From the IMG/VR virus record IMGVR_UViG_3300017778_003242, positions 15,284 to 79,283 of that record: 64,000 nucleotides of DNA, one strand, 5' to 3'. The stretch comes from a virus. Lineage: Duplodnaviria; Heunggongvirae; Uroviricota; Caudoviricetes. The notes below the pieces were generated by a model that made no database searches, was not told the DNA's origin, and worked only from the letters and a program-made list of their open reading frames with translations. This document shows positions 20,397 through 30,038 of this stretch, piece after piece. Made by a program: the position numbers and the translations under genes. Positions within the stretch are counted from its first letter, which is position 1; every line of letters starts with the position of its first letter.

Positions 20397-20903
20397 CTAC
20401 ACTGCGTCGAATTTAGTCAATAGCTGACCCGTACGGATGTACGATCCGATGTACCCTTGCGCGAGCTGGATGGCGATCGCGTCGAAGTTGCCCTCCGGGT
20501 TCTGGCGCGAAAAGCCCGCGTTCAGAAGGCCAATGTGGGGCGTCGGGTTGCTGACATAGATTGGGCGACCGGCGCACACGTGATCCGTCGTGATAGACCG
20601 GGCGCTGCGTTTGGCCGCGCCGACGACGGACGCCAGCGCCGCGCGCTCGCCGATCCCGAGATGGCGCTTGCCCGAGACATAAGGCGGGCGGACAACGGTG
20701 ACCCGGCTGGTTTCTAGCGTCCAGTTGGACCGGGCTTCCGAGGTATCGACAGGCGTGCGGACCGCGGCCTCTTCGACCACGACCACGCCCGCTTTCTTCG
20801 CCATCACGGCCACGTTGTTCCGGAATCGGTCGCCGAGAATTCCAAGGTTATCGGCTAGGACTTCGAAGGTGTGGATGGGGCTGGGGGCGAGGTTTTTTGC
20901 CAT
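20397..20903 (-). CDS. hypothetical virion protein
   Basis: ORF between the chaperone and the tape measure. Start uncertain (GTG 20942, ATG 20903 or ATG 20804). No SD recognised. Confidence 0.3.
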   Translation of the reverse strand: MAKNLAPSPIHTFEVLADNLGILGDRFRNNVAVMAKKAGVVVVEEAAVRTPVDTSEARSNWTLETSRVTVVRPPYVSGKRHLGIGERAALASVVGAAKRSARSITTDHVCAGRPIYVSNPTPHIGLLNAGFSRQNPEGNFDAIAIQLAQGYIGSYIRTGQLLTKFDAV

Positions 20904-21738
20904 GAGGCTTTTATCCGGCTGTGGAAGTGTTCCTGATAACACTTATCCATAGCGCGCAAATATGCAACCATGCGCTCGCTCTGTTCGAAGTCCAGCTCGT
21001 AGCGGTCGCAATACTGGATGATCGCCGTCCATGGGATCGGGCCGATAAAACCCTGTCCCATCATGCGTGTAGTGGTCAGCACACCGAAGGCGTCCCAAAA
21101 GAGATCGAGCCCTTCTTGGAGCTGCGGACAATCTCTCAGGAATTCGGGTATCTCGCCACGGCGCTTGGCCGCTGCCGTGGCGATCTGGACCTCGTTCTCA
21201 CCGTGGACAAGGTGATAGGTGAGAACGTCTGTTAGTTTTTTGCTGCGTCCTTGTCCCCGTCGTTCGAGAACGACGTGATGTTTTCAGCAGCTTCCTTGAT
21301 CACGTCGAAGATGTACGGGACTTCGATCAGGATGTCCTTGACGTTGTCCGGGGTGACTTCGCCCATGGAGCCGTCGGCGAGTTCGATGCCGGACTTCCAG
21401 ACCACGACCGGATCGGACAGGCCGTCGCCAGCGTCTTCATGCTTGTATTCCCAGTCCACCACGATCGCCTTGGCGTAGCCTTCGGCGACGATGGCCTTCA
21501 TGGTCGCTTCCGGCAACTGGCCGAGCTGGAGCATACGCCTGTGGGGCGCTACCAGCTTCTCCATCGTCTTGGAATAGAGCTTGTTCGCGCCTCCGGCCCG
21601 GCGGATGCGGACCCGGAACGTGGTGAAATCGACGATGATGCCTTCGGCCTCTTTCTTGGCGTCGGTCTTGAAGGCGTCGTACATGGACATGGTGCGTATT
21701 CCCTTGGCTTGTTGAGCGTTAGGGTTAATGGCTACCAC
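20855..21738 (-). CDS. tail assembly chaperone G-T fusion via -1 programmed frameshift
   Basis: The -1 frame is open with no stop from the slippery site A AAA AAC (plus-strand 21235-21241) down to 20855. The frame offset matches a -1 shift. Confidence 0.45.
21232..21690 (-). CDS. tail assembly chaperone (gpG-like)
   Basis: 153 aa acidic protein between the major tail and tape measure genes. AAGGGA SD before ATG 21690. Ends ...GCA AAA AAC TAA. Confidence 0.55.
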   Translation of the reverse strand: MSMYDAFKTDAKKEAEGIIVDFTTFRVRIRRAGGANKLYSKTMEKLVAPHRRMLQLGQLPEATMKAIVAEGYAKAIVVDWEYKHEDAGDGLSDPVVVWKSGIELADGSMGEVTPDNVKDILIEVPYIFDVIKEAAENITSFSNDGDKDAAKN

Positions 21739-21833
21739 TGGGCCGGATTATGGTCAATAGGCAAAATGAAAGGGGCCGGTCTTTCGACCAGCCCCTAACC
21801 GCCCTTTCTTCTGAGAGCCCGCGGGCTAGGCCC

Positions 21834-23399
21834 TTATGCCGCTGCCGCATCCGGCAGGTAGTTGAAGTAGCACGCGATGAGCGTGGTGAGCAGGGTTTCG
21901 TGCTTCGCACCGGCGAGCGAGACGGGGATGGTGATCGGGGCATCCTTCTCGACCGCTAGACGGCCTTCGCCGAGCGACAGCAAGGGGATGTCGAACACCC
22001 AGCCCGCATTGTCCTTGGACAGCGCGAAGTCCACGGTCACGTCAGCGTTGTCGCGGACGGCGTTGATCGCGGCCACGTCGCTGAAGTACGCGGTGATGTT
22101 GCCTTCGACAACGAAGTCGCCGACCGTCATGTCGAACGCGCCGAGCACGCCGACGGCCTTGGCCGGGGTGACGTTGTTGTTGATGTTCAGCGTCAGGTCG
22201 GTGATGAAGGCGAACAGCGGAGTCGAAGCGACACCCGTTTCCGCGGTGCGGATGCGGGAGAAGTCGGACGACGTGTTGAACGCCGTGGCCGAAGTCGCGA
22301 TCTCCGGGAACGTGCCCGTCTTGCGCGCTTCCTGCGCAACGTGATCCGTCGAGACGAATGCCAGATCGATGTTGACCTTGTCAGCCGTGGCGACGTTCAG
22401 GGCCAGCGTGTTGCCGACCGAGCCCTTGACGTATTCGTAACCAGCCGTCGAGAGCGAGCGCTCGAACTGGTACGACTTGGTCTTGATCAGGGTCGGGTCG
22501 TTTTCGTTCTTGATCAGGTCCGGGAAGAAGAGTTGGATCGTCTTGCCCGTACCGGCGTCGGTCGTCATCGTGTTCTGCGTCTTGTCGAAGAAGATCGACC
22601 CGGCAGTGACAGAGTGGACGCGCGCGAAGCCGTTGTTGTTGGCACCGGCGAAGAGCTTGGCCGTGGCATCGCCACCGATGTAAATCCACTGACCGGCCAC
22701 GAGGCCGAGCGAGGTCATCGTGAAGGCGGCGCTGTCAATGGCCGGGAACGATCCGCTCACGTCGATGGAGAGATCGGTCGCCGCGAACTGGTGACCGACC
22801 TTGCGGACTTTGACGTTCGCGTTGTTGGCCTCGACCGTGAAGCCGGGCGAGCCGCCCGTCAGGGTCGTGACCGTGATCTGGTCAGGCGTCGAGATGTTCG
22901 AGACGAGGAACGCGCCGTTGTTGGCGGTGTTCGTGAAGCCAGAGACGCGGATGATATCGCCGACGATGAAGAAGGTGTCGATGCCGTCGATGAAAGACTG
23001 GGCGATACCGCCGATGACAGCCGCGCCAGTGACCGCAGCGTTCTCGCCCGTGTAGAGCGGGGTCGCGCCGAGACGCCAGTCAGCGAAGAAGAAGCCGGGC
23101 ATCAGGTCTTGAATGTTGTCTTCCGTGAAGTCGATCTGGAAGCCTGCGGAGGCGTCGAGATCGGTCGTCACGCCTTTGGAGCGCTGACGGCTCGCCGTGA
23201 TCGGCGTGCGGGCAACGGTCGTGATCTGGCCACCGAAGTCGCTGTACGAGTTCGGTTCGAGGGGTTTCCACTCAGGCGTACCGCCCGGCAGAACACCGTC
23301 GTCGGGATGGGTTTCACCCGGCAGGTAGCCGATATAGCCATCGGCTTCGGGAGCGAAGCGGAGGCCGGTGAAGTTGCTGTCGATCTTGTTGGAAGGCAT
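21834..23399 (-). CDS. major tail protein (521 aa, probably with extra Ig-like domains)
   Basis: Large Thr/Ala/Gly-rich beta protein directly upstream of the chaperones. Translationally coupled to the upstream gene. Confidence 0.5.
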   Translation of the reverse strand: MPSNKIDSNFTGLRFAPEADGYIGYLPGETHPDDGVLPGGTPEWKPLEPNSYSDFGGQITTVARTPITASRQRSKGVTTDLDASAGFQIDFTEDNIQDLMPGFFFADWRLGATPLYTGENAAVTGAAVIGGIAQSFIDGIDTFFIVGDIIRVSGFTNTANNGAFLVSNISTPDQITVTTLTGGSPGFTVEANNANVKVRKVGHQFAATDLSIDVSGSFPAIDSAAFTMTSLGLVAGQWIYIGGDATAKLFAGANNNGFARVHSVTAGSIFFDKTQNTMTTDAGTGKTIQLFFPDLIKNENDPTLIKTKSYQFERSLSTAGYEYVKGSVGNTLALNVATADKVNIDLAFVSTDHVAQEARKTGTFPEIATSATAFNTSSDFSRIRTAETGVASTPLFAFITDLTLNINNNVTPAKAVGVLGAFDMTVGDFVVEGNITAYFSDVAAINAVRDNADVTVDFALSKDNAGWVFDIPLLSLGEGRLAVEKDAPITIPVSLAGAKHETLLTTLIACYFNYLPDAAAA

Positions 23400-23842
23400 T
23401 ACCTTGCATCCTCGTATTCAAATGGGGTGACGGTGCGGATCACGAACCAGCGATCCTGTGCGCCTTCCTCGTTGCTAGACATTCCGCGAAGCACCAGCCC
23501 CGAAGAACCGCGGACACCTTGCAGCGCACGCCGGGCGATACTAACCATACTATCGCCCAAAGTCAATCCTTGATCCTTGGGAACGTAGAACTTGACCACT
23601 ACCAGACCCACTGCCTTATAGTTCGGACGCCCATCCCCAAAACTGTCCATGGGCTTATCGGTGTGGATCACACTGACTTCCACTTTGACAGCGTCCGAGC
23701 GCGGCGCGTCGGACGGAGCGATGTTGTCATAATAGACTGGGGGCTCGACGGTGATGCCGGGCAGGGTTGACCAGCCGTTCACGCCTTCCCAGACCGTGTT
23801 CCAGAGCTGGTAGATCGCCAGCCGGGCTTCTGCGGATGTCAT
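23399..23842 (-). CDS. tail terminator / neck protein (DUF3168 / HK97 gp10-like?)
   Basis: Roughly 148 aa. Position between the head-tail joining and major tail genes. Confidence 0.4.
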   Translation of the reverse strand: MTSAEARLAIYQLWNTVWEGVNGWSTLPGITVEPPVYYDNIAPSDAPRSDAVKVEVSVIHTDKPMDSFGDGRPNYKAVGLVVVKFYVPKDQGLTLGDSMVSIARRALQGVRGSSGLVLRGMSSNEEGAQDRWFVIRTVTPFEYEDAR

Positions 23843-23851
23843 TGTCATGGC

Positions 23852-24265
23852 TTATCCCGCGACCAGAATGTCATAGAGAATGGATTGATCGCCCGGCTTG
23901 AGCTGACTGATGCGGACGATGCGATACTCGCGATCGCCATCCGTGATCACATCCTTGGTCGTCAGCGTGGGTAGACTGTCATCCAGCGAAGGGGCATTGG
24001 CCAGAACCCATGCAGCGTACGCCGTTTCCGCGTCGGCGGACGCAAAGTAACAGCGTTGGAAGTTGCCGGGGATGACCGTGCCCTTGTCGTCCTTGACCGT
24101 GGTCGGGACGAACATCATGATTACCGTAAGGGGAATGTCGATCGTGGTCGCGATATCCCAAGGGTTCGAGCCGGGCACAGTGGTCCGGAGCGTCAGGGTA
24201 GAGGATCGCCCGTTCTTCTGGAGAAGTCGAGAAGCGAGGGTGACGAATGACGAATGATCAGACAT
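23852..24265 (-). CDS. head-tail joining (head closure) protein
   Basis: Roughly 138 aa. Position and size fit SPP1 gp16-like proteins. Confidence 0.4.
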   Translation of the reverse strand: MSDHSSFVTLASRLLQKNGRSSTLTLRTTVPGSNPWDIATTIDIPLTVIMMFVPTTVKDDKGTVIPGNFQRCYFASADAETAYAAWVLANAPSLDDSLPTLTTKDVITDGDREYRIVRISQLKPGDQSILYDILVAG

Positions 24266-24267
24266 TC

Positions 24268-24780
24268 TTAGCCCCTGTGAATTCGTCCGCTCCGCTCGAC
24301 CAGACCGGAAGCGATCAGCCATTGATCCGCGATGGGATACTTCGGCATCTTCACGACAGCGCCTTCGGCGTATTCGATTGATTCGGAAACCGGCCCGGCG
24401 CGGCTGGAGCGCGACTTGACGGACGCGCCGTATTCATCGCGCGTCGGGGTTGGGTTCAGGGTAGCGGCGAGCGCGATGCGCGCGTACTCAGCCGTGGCGT
24501 TCTTGATCTCGCGAGGGATGCCATAGCGGATACGGTCGTTGTTGTCGCGCGCGGACAGGCGCGGCCACTGTGTCGCCTGACTTTCATCGGCGACATAGCC
24601 GACGAACGTGAAGCGCGTATCGAGGTATTGGGAAGCGCGGATGATGGCCGCTTGGATGGCCGCTGTGTCACCCGTATAAGTCTGGGCGCGATCGGCGTGA
24701 TAGGTCGTGAAGAAGGCGACCGAGATGTAGGCGTTCGCATCAGCGACCGAACCGTTGTCGTCCTGAAGAGTGAAGGCCAT
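24268..24780 (-). CDS. head-tail connector (adaptor) protein
   Basis: Roughly 170 aa. First gene after the capsid block. Confidence 0.4.
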   Translation of the reverse strand: MAFTLQDDNGSVADANAYISVAFFTTYHADRAQTYTGDTAAIQAAIIRASQYLDTRFTFVGYVADESQATQWPRLSARDNNDRIRYGIPREIKNATAEYARIALAATLNPTPTRDEYGASVKSRSSRAGPVSESIEYAEGAVVKMPKYPIADQWLIASGLVERSGRIHRG

Positions 24781-24868
24781 TTGGGTGGGGCTCCGATTGT
24801 GCGACCATATGGTTAACACCAAGCCCCGTGAAGTGCAAGGCCCACCTTTCGATGGGCCTTGCAGTCAC

Positions 24869-25054
24869 TTAGGCCTTGGGAGCGTCCGGCTGGAACGCTT
24901 CGATCAGGGCGACAACCGCCGTGAACGCGCCGAACACGAGCTGGACTTGGCCAGCGGTGACCACGACGCCGACACCGGCGGCGACCGCGGCGAGCATCCG
25001 CCACGTGCTGAGTTCTTTGAGACGGTCGAAGATATACGGAAGATTGAGCTTCAT
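24869..25054 (-). CDS. small membrane protein
   Basis: 61 aa with a TM (MLAAVAAGVGVVVTAGQV). AGGAGG SD before ATG 25054. Confidence 0.35.
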   Translation of the reverse strand: MKLNLPYIFDRLKELSTWRMLAAVAAGVGVVVTAGQVQLVFGAFTAVVALIEAFQPDAPKA

Positions 25055-25177
25055 GTTGATGCCCCTCCTATGGGCCACTCTCCTGTACCATACTGGGATC
25101 AGATACAGCAAGACCCCCGGCGGTAACCGAGGGCCTTGTCGTCGTCCGCTCCTGTGTACCGCAGGCCGGAGCGCAGC

Positions 25178-25702
25178 TTATGTCAGGTCGTCAGCGTTCA
25201 TGCTGTCGGCCTTGGGGCCATTGCCTAGAAGCGCTGCCCGTTGGGCGGGGTCCAGCTTTGTCGGGGTGGCGACGCTGGAACCTTTCTTCGTGCTACCGCC
25301 TCCACGTTGCCCCCGGATGGCTTCCAATGAAGCTCCGTCGGGACCGCTGGGTGCAGAAGGTCCGCTCCCTTGGGGCGGTTGTCCTTCGGTGACGGGAGTA
25401 CCCTCGTCAACGAGGCCGAGAATGCCTTGAGATTCGGATTGCGGTGAGAAGGTGCGCGAGCGCGTAGGAACATCCACACGTTGAAGTACCTCGTTGTAGA
25501 TGCCGAAGGTCCGTTCGAGGAACCGGGCATTGCGCTCAGACTTGTGAGCCGGGAGATAGAGCGACATGGCCCCATCGGTGAAATTGAACCCGCCGATAAC
25601 CTTGATCCCGGACAGGTCGATCTTGGACCCCGCCGGTGTGCGAGGGTTCTTCGGATGGCCGTACGCATAGAACGCGCGTTGTTCGAATGGGCTGGACTTC
25701 AT
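25178..25702 (-). CDS. hypothetical virion protein
   Basis: 174 aa. Gly/Pro-rich C-terminus. Downstream of the capsid gene. Confidence 0.4.
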   Translation of the reverse strand: MKSSPFEQRAFYAYGHPKNPRTPAGSKIDLSGIKVIGGFNFTDGAMSLYLPAHKSERNARFLERTFGIYNEVLQRVDVPTRSRTFSPQSESQGILGLVDEGTPVTEGQPPQGSGPSAPSGPDGASLEAIRGQRGGGSTKKGSSVATPTKLDPAQRAALLGNGPKADSMNADDLT

Positions 25703-25783
25703 GGTCAGGTTCCTTGGCTTAAAAACAAATCGAGCCCGGAAGGTAAACCCTCCGGGCTCGTTCTGTCAAGTGTCAGGCGTCGA

Positions 25784-26749
25784 TTAGTTCGTGACGCCTT
25801 GGAGGACCGTGAGGCCTTTGCGCGAGAACTGCGCGAGGCCAGCGTACCACTTCACGCGGGTCAGCGAGGCGTCCGAGCCTTCCAGCGCGCCGATCTCATC
25901 GACGACGATGCCGCCGTTGGTGCGCGAAGTCAGGCCAGCCACGCCGTACTGGCGCGTGCCGTCGTCGAACGTGCCGAAGATGACCGCAGTTTCGGTCTGC
26001 GCGGCAGTTTCGCCGAGGTTGGTCGGCAGGTATTCGTTCTTGAAGATCGGGACGCCTTCGTAGGCAATCACGATGTCGCCGCTTTCCAGCGTGACAACGT
26101 CGTCGATCGCGGCACCGCCGAGCGCGCGGAGCAGGGCTTTGTAGGCCCGGCGCGTGCGTGCGGCCATGACGATGTAGTCCACGACGCCGTCCTTGTCCTT
26201 CACTTCGTCCATGGCCGTGTCCATGTCGAGGAAGGACAGAGCGCCCGTTCCGTCAACTTGGCTGTCGGCGAGGACGAGCAGGCCGTCGAACTGGAGCGAG
26301 GACACGCTCTCGTTGCCGTTCATCATCAGGTCTTGGTAGATACGACCAACCTGCTTGGCTTTCGCGGCGATCTGCGAAGCCGTCTGGTCGGTCGTGTCCG
26401 ACATCTGCGCCTGCACCAGACCGTTCACTTCGGCGTCGCCGATGATGGTCTTCAGGGTGAAGGTTTCCTGCGTCCAAGTCGCAGGGTCTTTGAAGTTCGT
26501 ACCCGCGCCGACACCGGCGATGGCCGGGATGCCGTTGGCCGGGACAGCGCCAGCGAGCGAGCCGCCGACAGCCGCAAGACCAGCACCGGCGAGAGCGTTC
26601 TCGCGGTTAACGGTCAGGCCCGTGCCTTCGTACGAGTCGAAGGGGAGAACCTGATACATCTGGTTCACGGTGATGATGTCTTCGATGATGCCCGCGACGA
26701 GTTCGTCTTGGGTCAGTAGACCAGCTTGGACTTCGGACAGAACCGTCAT
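25784..26749 (-). CDS. major capsid protein (HK97 fold)
   Basis: 321 aa. Composition and position (after the scaffold, before the connectors) are typical. Confidence 0.65.
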   Translation of the reverse strand: MTVLSEVQAGLLTQDELVAGIIEDIITVNQMYQVLPFDSYEGTGLTVNRENALAGAGLAAVGGSLAGAVPANGIPAIAGVGAGTNFKDPATWTQETFTLKTIIGDAEVNGLVQAQMSDTTDQTASQIAAKAKQVGRIYQDLMMNGNESVSSLQFDGLLVLADSQVDGTGALSFLDMDTAMDEVKDKDGVVDYIVMAARTRRAYKALLRALGGAAIDDVVTLESGDIVIAYEGVPIFKNEYLPTNLGETAAQTETAVIFGTFDDGTRQYGVAGLTSRTNGGIVVDEIGALEGSDASLTRVKWYAGLAQFSRKGLTVLQGVTN

Positions 26750-26896
26750 CTTTGTATTCCTTTGTCTGTGCCCTCATGGGCGTGGAGTGCCGGGGTGGCC
26801 CTCCAAAATGGAAAAGGGCACCATGCCTAAGCACGATGCCCTTCTTGTACCAAGCCATTGATGGACTGTCAAGTCCATGGTTAATGGCAGAGCTTA

Positions 26897-27730
26897 TCAG
26901 CCACGCGCCGCGCGCCGCGCACGAAGCCCGTCCGCGATCTTCTGCTTGGACGATTTGTTCGACGGATCGACAGCGTTCACTTGGCGTTGGTCGGTCTTCT
27001 TGGACGGCACATTGCCGCCCCCACTTGCAACTCGCCCCTCGAATGCGGGAGCGAATTTGTCGTCTTTCTTCATGACTTCCACGAGCTGCGGAACAGTCAT
27101 CGGATCGCCTTGGCCGTTGTAGCGAATCTCGCCTTTGTCGTCGAGAACGCGGACGGCGTACGTGCCGTCGTCCTGCTTGACGACCTTGGTCTGGCGATCG
27201 ATGTGCGGACGCAGGAAGAGCGAGTTGCCCTTGTGCTCCGACAGCGCCGAGTTGGCGACATCGCCGACCATGTAGTTGAAGAGCGAGCCCTGCATCTGGG
27301 CGAGTTCGCCGTCCTTGGCTTTCAGGGCTTCGGCCTTGTCGCGAGCCATCTCAGCCTTGACGGCCTCGATCTGGCGAATGGCATCGTCGCCTTTCTTGCC
27401 ACCGGCAGTTGCCTTAACGGCAAGCGCGTCGAGATAGGCCTTCAGGCCTTCGGGCGTGCGCTGGTCTTCCGGGAGATCGGGGAGGGCTTCGACGATAGCC
27501 TTGAAGCTGGAAGCCGACTGGCGGAATTCCTGCGCTTCCTTGTTCTTGTTGGTGACCTTGGTGCGTTCGGTCTTCAGGTTCGTCGAAAGACCGTTGATAC
27601 GCTTGGCCGCGCCGACCATCGTCGGGGCCACTTTGTAGCCGGTGCCGTCCTTGGCGTAGAAATGCTTCAGGTCGTCCGGAACGCTGTCGAGATTTTCGAT
27701 GGCGCTGTCCAGATCAAATTCGTATTCCAT
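26897..27730 (-). CDS. scaffolding protein
   Basis: Highly charged, Ala/Lys/Glu-rich helical protein between portal and capsid. AAGGG SD before ATG 27730. Confidence 0.5.
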   Translation of the reverse strand: MEYEFDLDSAIENLDSVPDDLKHFYAKDGTGYKVAPTMVGAAKRINGLSTNLKTERTKVTNKNKEAQEFRQSASSFKAIVEALPDLPEDQRTPEGLKAYLDALAVKATAGGKKGDDAIRQIEAVKAEMARDKAEALKAKDGELAQMQGSLFNYMVGDVANSALSEHKGNSLFLRPHIDRQTKVVKQDDGTYAVRVLDDKGEIRYNGQGDPMTVPQLVEVMKKDDKFAPAFEGRVASGGGNVPSKKTDQRQVNAVDPSNKSSKQKIADGLRARRAARG

Positions 27731-27839
27731 GTTCCCTTTGCCTCGCGCTTTGGGGTAGTAACTGTGGCCTCTCGCCACGATCCCCGAACGGCCTCACGCC
27801 TTTCGAGTGACCCCAAAATGGCAGAACATGGTTAACGCG

Positions 27840-28367
27840 TCAAGCCCCGCGTCCGCGCTCCCAGTCGATCTGGGACTTCCCATCGACTTCCTGAACGCGC
27901 GCCGTCCAGCCGTTCTTGAATGTCGGCCAGTGCGGGAGCGTCTTCATGAATTCGAGGCGTTTGGCATTGTATTCAGCCAGTTTTTCCTTCGGCGCGTGGA
28001 ACACCGCGGCAACGGTTTTGGGGCCGATGACGCCATCCGGAGTGAGCCCGAGAACGGTCTGAAGGACGCGCACCGCGCGCCCCGGTCCGGAGTTATAGGC
28101 GAAGTCCACGACCGCGTAATCCCAGCCATGCTGGAGCTTGTCGCCCTTAACGGCCATCCAGTATTTGACATTGAAGATCGCCCGAGCCTGTTGGCGCGTG
28201 ATCATCTTGACGCTGTACGGCGCGGTGCCGGACGCGGCCAGATACTCGTTGAAGACCTTCTGCGTCACGCCAAGATTGGTCGCGCCGCCGGGGTCTTTCG
28301 GATTATCGACGTAGCCGCCTTCGTGCGCGAGCATACGTTCGAAGATGCGTTCGAAATTCGGCGTCAT
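27840..28367 (-). CDS. endolysin, glycoside hydrolase family 108 + peptidoglycan-binding domain
   Basis: EGGYVDNPKDPGGATNLGVT GH108 signature. C-terminal LGLTPDGVIGPKT PG_binding_3-like motif. Confidence 0.8.
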   Translation of the reverse strand: MTPNFERIFERMLAHEGGYVDNPKDPGGATNLGVTQKVFNEYLAASGTAPYSVKMITRQQARAIFNVKYWMAVKGDKLQHGWDYAVVDFAYNSGPGRAVRVLQTVLGLTPDGVIGPKTVAAVFHAPKEKLAEYNAKRLEFMKTLPHWPTFKNGWTARVQEVDGKSQIDWERGRGA

Positions 28368-28370
28368 GAC

Positions 28371-30035
28371 TTACGCTCCCTTCTTGATCCCGGCATTGAC
28401 CGGGCCTTCCTTGGCGACTTCTTTCGCGACTTGGGCGTTCTTGTCCGCGAGCGCGAGCTGCGTGTCCTTGGTCTTGTCGGCGACCTTGAGCTGGCCCTCG
28501 GTCTGCGCGCCGATCTCTGCCATCTTCGGATTGTAGAACGCGCCGATCTGATCGGCCTTCTCTTTGAGAAGGTGGGCCAAATCCTCGTCCGTGTGGAAGT
28601 CTTCCGCGAGGATACCGCGGCGCTTCAGCTCGTTGATGAAGCCGACGCGCGAGATCGCGCGCTTGTCGTACGCGACTTGCAGCGTTTGCAGATCGACCAC
28701 GTCGCCACCTTCGAACGCGAAGTCGGTGTGGATGATGATCGAACCACCGTCGTTGCCGACGCCGCCCATCTGGGCCATGGCTTTGAAGCAGTTTTCAAGG
28801 ATGTCCTTGAATCCGAGCGCCATCCGCTGAAGGTCGGACGACGTGTTCTTTTCCTCGATAGAGCGTGACGTGGCCGTCTCGCGGTCTGGGCGCTTGCGCA
28901 GCAGCGACGCGCCGTAAAGACCCATCTGGTTTTCCAGATCGGCGAGGTTTTCCTTGGACGAGGTGAGGGCGAGGCCCTGATGCTCGACGTAGTAGTATTT
29001 GGAGTTCGGGTCTTCCAGCGTGAGCACGTTACGCGGGCCGATCGTGACGCTTCCCGCATCCTCCGGCGCGACGCCGGACGCGGCCAAGATCGGGAACGAC
29101 GCCACCGTCAAGGTGTTCATGTGGTCCGAATAGCGCTGATAGTGCAGCACGTTCATGTGGGCCAGATCGAGCAGGGGAGGCTTCGAAACCATGAAGCCGT
29201 CGCGGCGCGCGTAGAACGTGAAAATCGGAATGTAATCAAGGTCTGTGGGCTTGGCATCGACCTTTTTCCACGACTTGGCGGACGCGCCAGTCTTGCCCTC
29301 GATCTTCTTGTACATGCCGGTCTGGACGGAGCGCTTGCCCTCGTTATCAACGAACAGGGTCATCTCGCGGATGATCAGCTCTTCGACTTCGGCGAAGCCA
29401 TCACGCTTCGTGGTCATCTCGTACCAGCGGATGTGCGTCAGCACTTCGGCACCGTCTTGGCGCACGCTGTTGGCCGCGATGACATTCTCCGGATGGATGT
29501 GAACGAAGTAGGGGCGGATACCCTCTGCCTTCTCATCGGCCAGTGTGTACGTGCGGCTGGGGTCTTTGGCCGGAGTGTCCACGAGGATGTGGGTATAGCC
29601 CTTCGACACGCCGTCGCGGAAGACGCGCGCGGCGAATTGGTCGATGTGATTGCCTTCCAGATCGATGTCCTCGATCCAGCCGCCGGTCAGCAGCGTGTCC
29701 TTCTCCGCAGTCTCGCTCTTCTCTTCGCCGGACTTCTGGAGGACGCCGCGAATTTGCTCCGGGACATCGTCGCCGAATTGCAGCGCTTCGGTGAAGGGCT
29801 TACCCGACAGGGTCGCCACGGTCAGGTCGAAATAGTTGATCAGGATGGAGCGCTTCAGGCGTTCCTTGTAGTCTTCCGGATACTCGCGGCTGTGCTGCGG
29901 AAGGTAGCGAGTTCCGGCCAGACGCATGGCCTCGGTGCCGCCGAGCAGCGCGTTGATCAAGTCCCAGCGCTCATCCATGACCGCATGGAATTGGCCCGGC
30001 GTCGCCGGATTTTCCTTCTCGCGTTGGGAAGCCAT
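28371..30035 (-). CDS. portal protein
   Basis: 554 aa acidic protein immediately downstream of the large terminase. Confidence 0.65.
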   Translation of the reverse strand: MASQREKENPATPGQFHAVMDERWDLINALLGGTEAMRLAGTRYLPQHSREYPEDYKERLKRSILINYFDLTVATLSGKPFTEALQFGDDVPEQIRGVLQKSGEEKSETAEKDTLLTGGWIEDIDLEGNHIDQFAARVFRDGVSKGYTHILVDTPAKDPSRTYTLADEKAEGIRPYFVHIHPENVIAANSVRQDGAEVLTHIRWYEMTTKRDGFAEVEELIIREMTLFVDNEGKRSVQTGMYKKIEGKTGASAKSWKKVDAKPTDLDYIPIFTFYARRDGFMVSKPPLLDLAHMNVLHYQRYSDHMNTLTVASFPILAASGVAPEDAGSVTIGPRNVLTLEDPNSKYYYVEHQGLALTSSKENLADLENQMGLYGASLLRKRPDRETATSRSIEEKNTSSDLQRMALGFKDILENCFKAMAQMGGVGNDGGSIIIHTDFAFEGGDVVDLQTLQVAYDKRAISRVGFINELKRRGILAEDFHTDEDLAHLLKEKADQIGAFYNPKMAEIGAQTEGQLKVADKTKDTQLALADKNAQVAKEVAKEGPVNAGIKKGA

Positions 30036-30038
30036 GGG

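Noticed and set aside
22341-23573. 410-aa + strand ORF
   Set aside because: Antisense to the major tail protein gene. Arg/Asp/Glu low-complexity.
25481-26719. 412-aa + strand ORF
   Set aside because: Antisense to the capsid gene. Arg-rich shadow frame.
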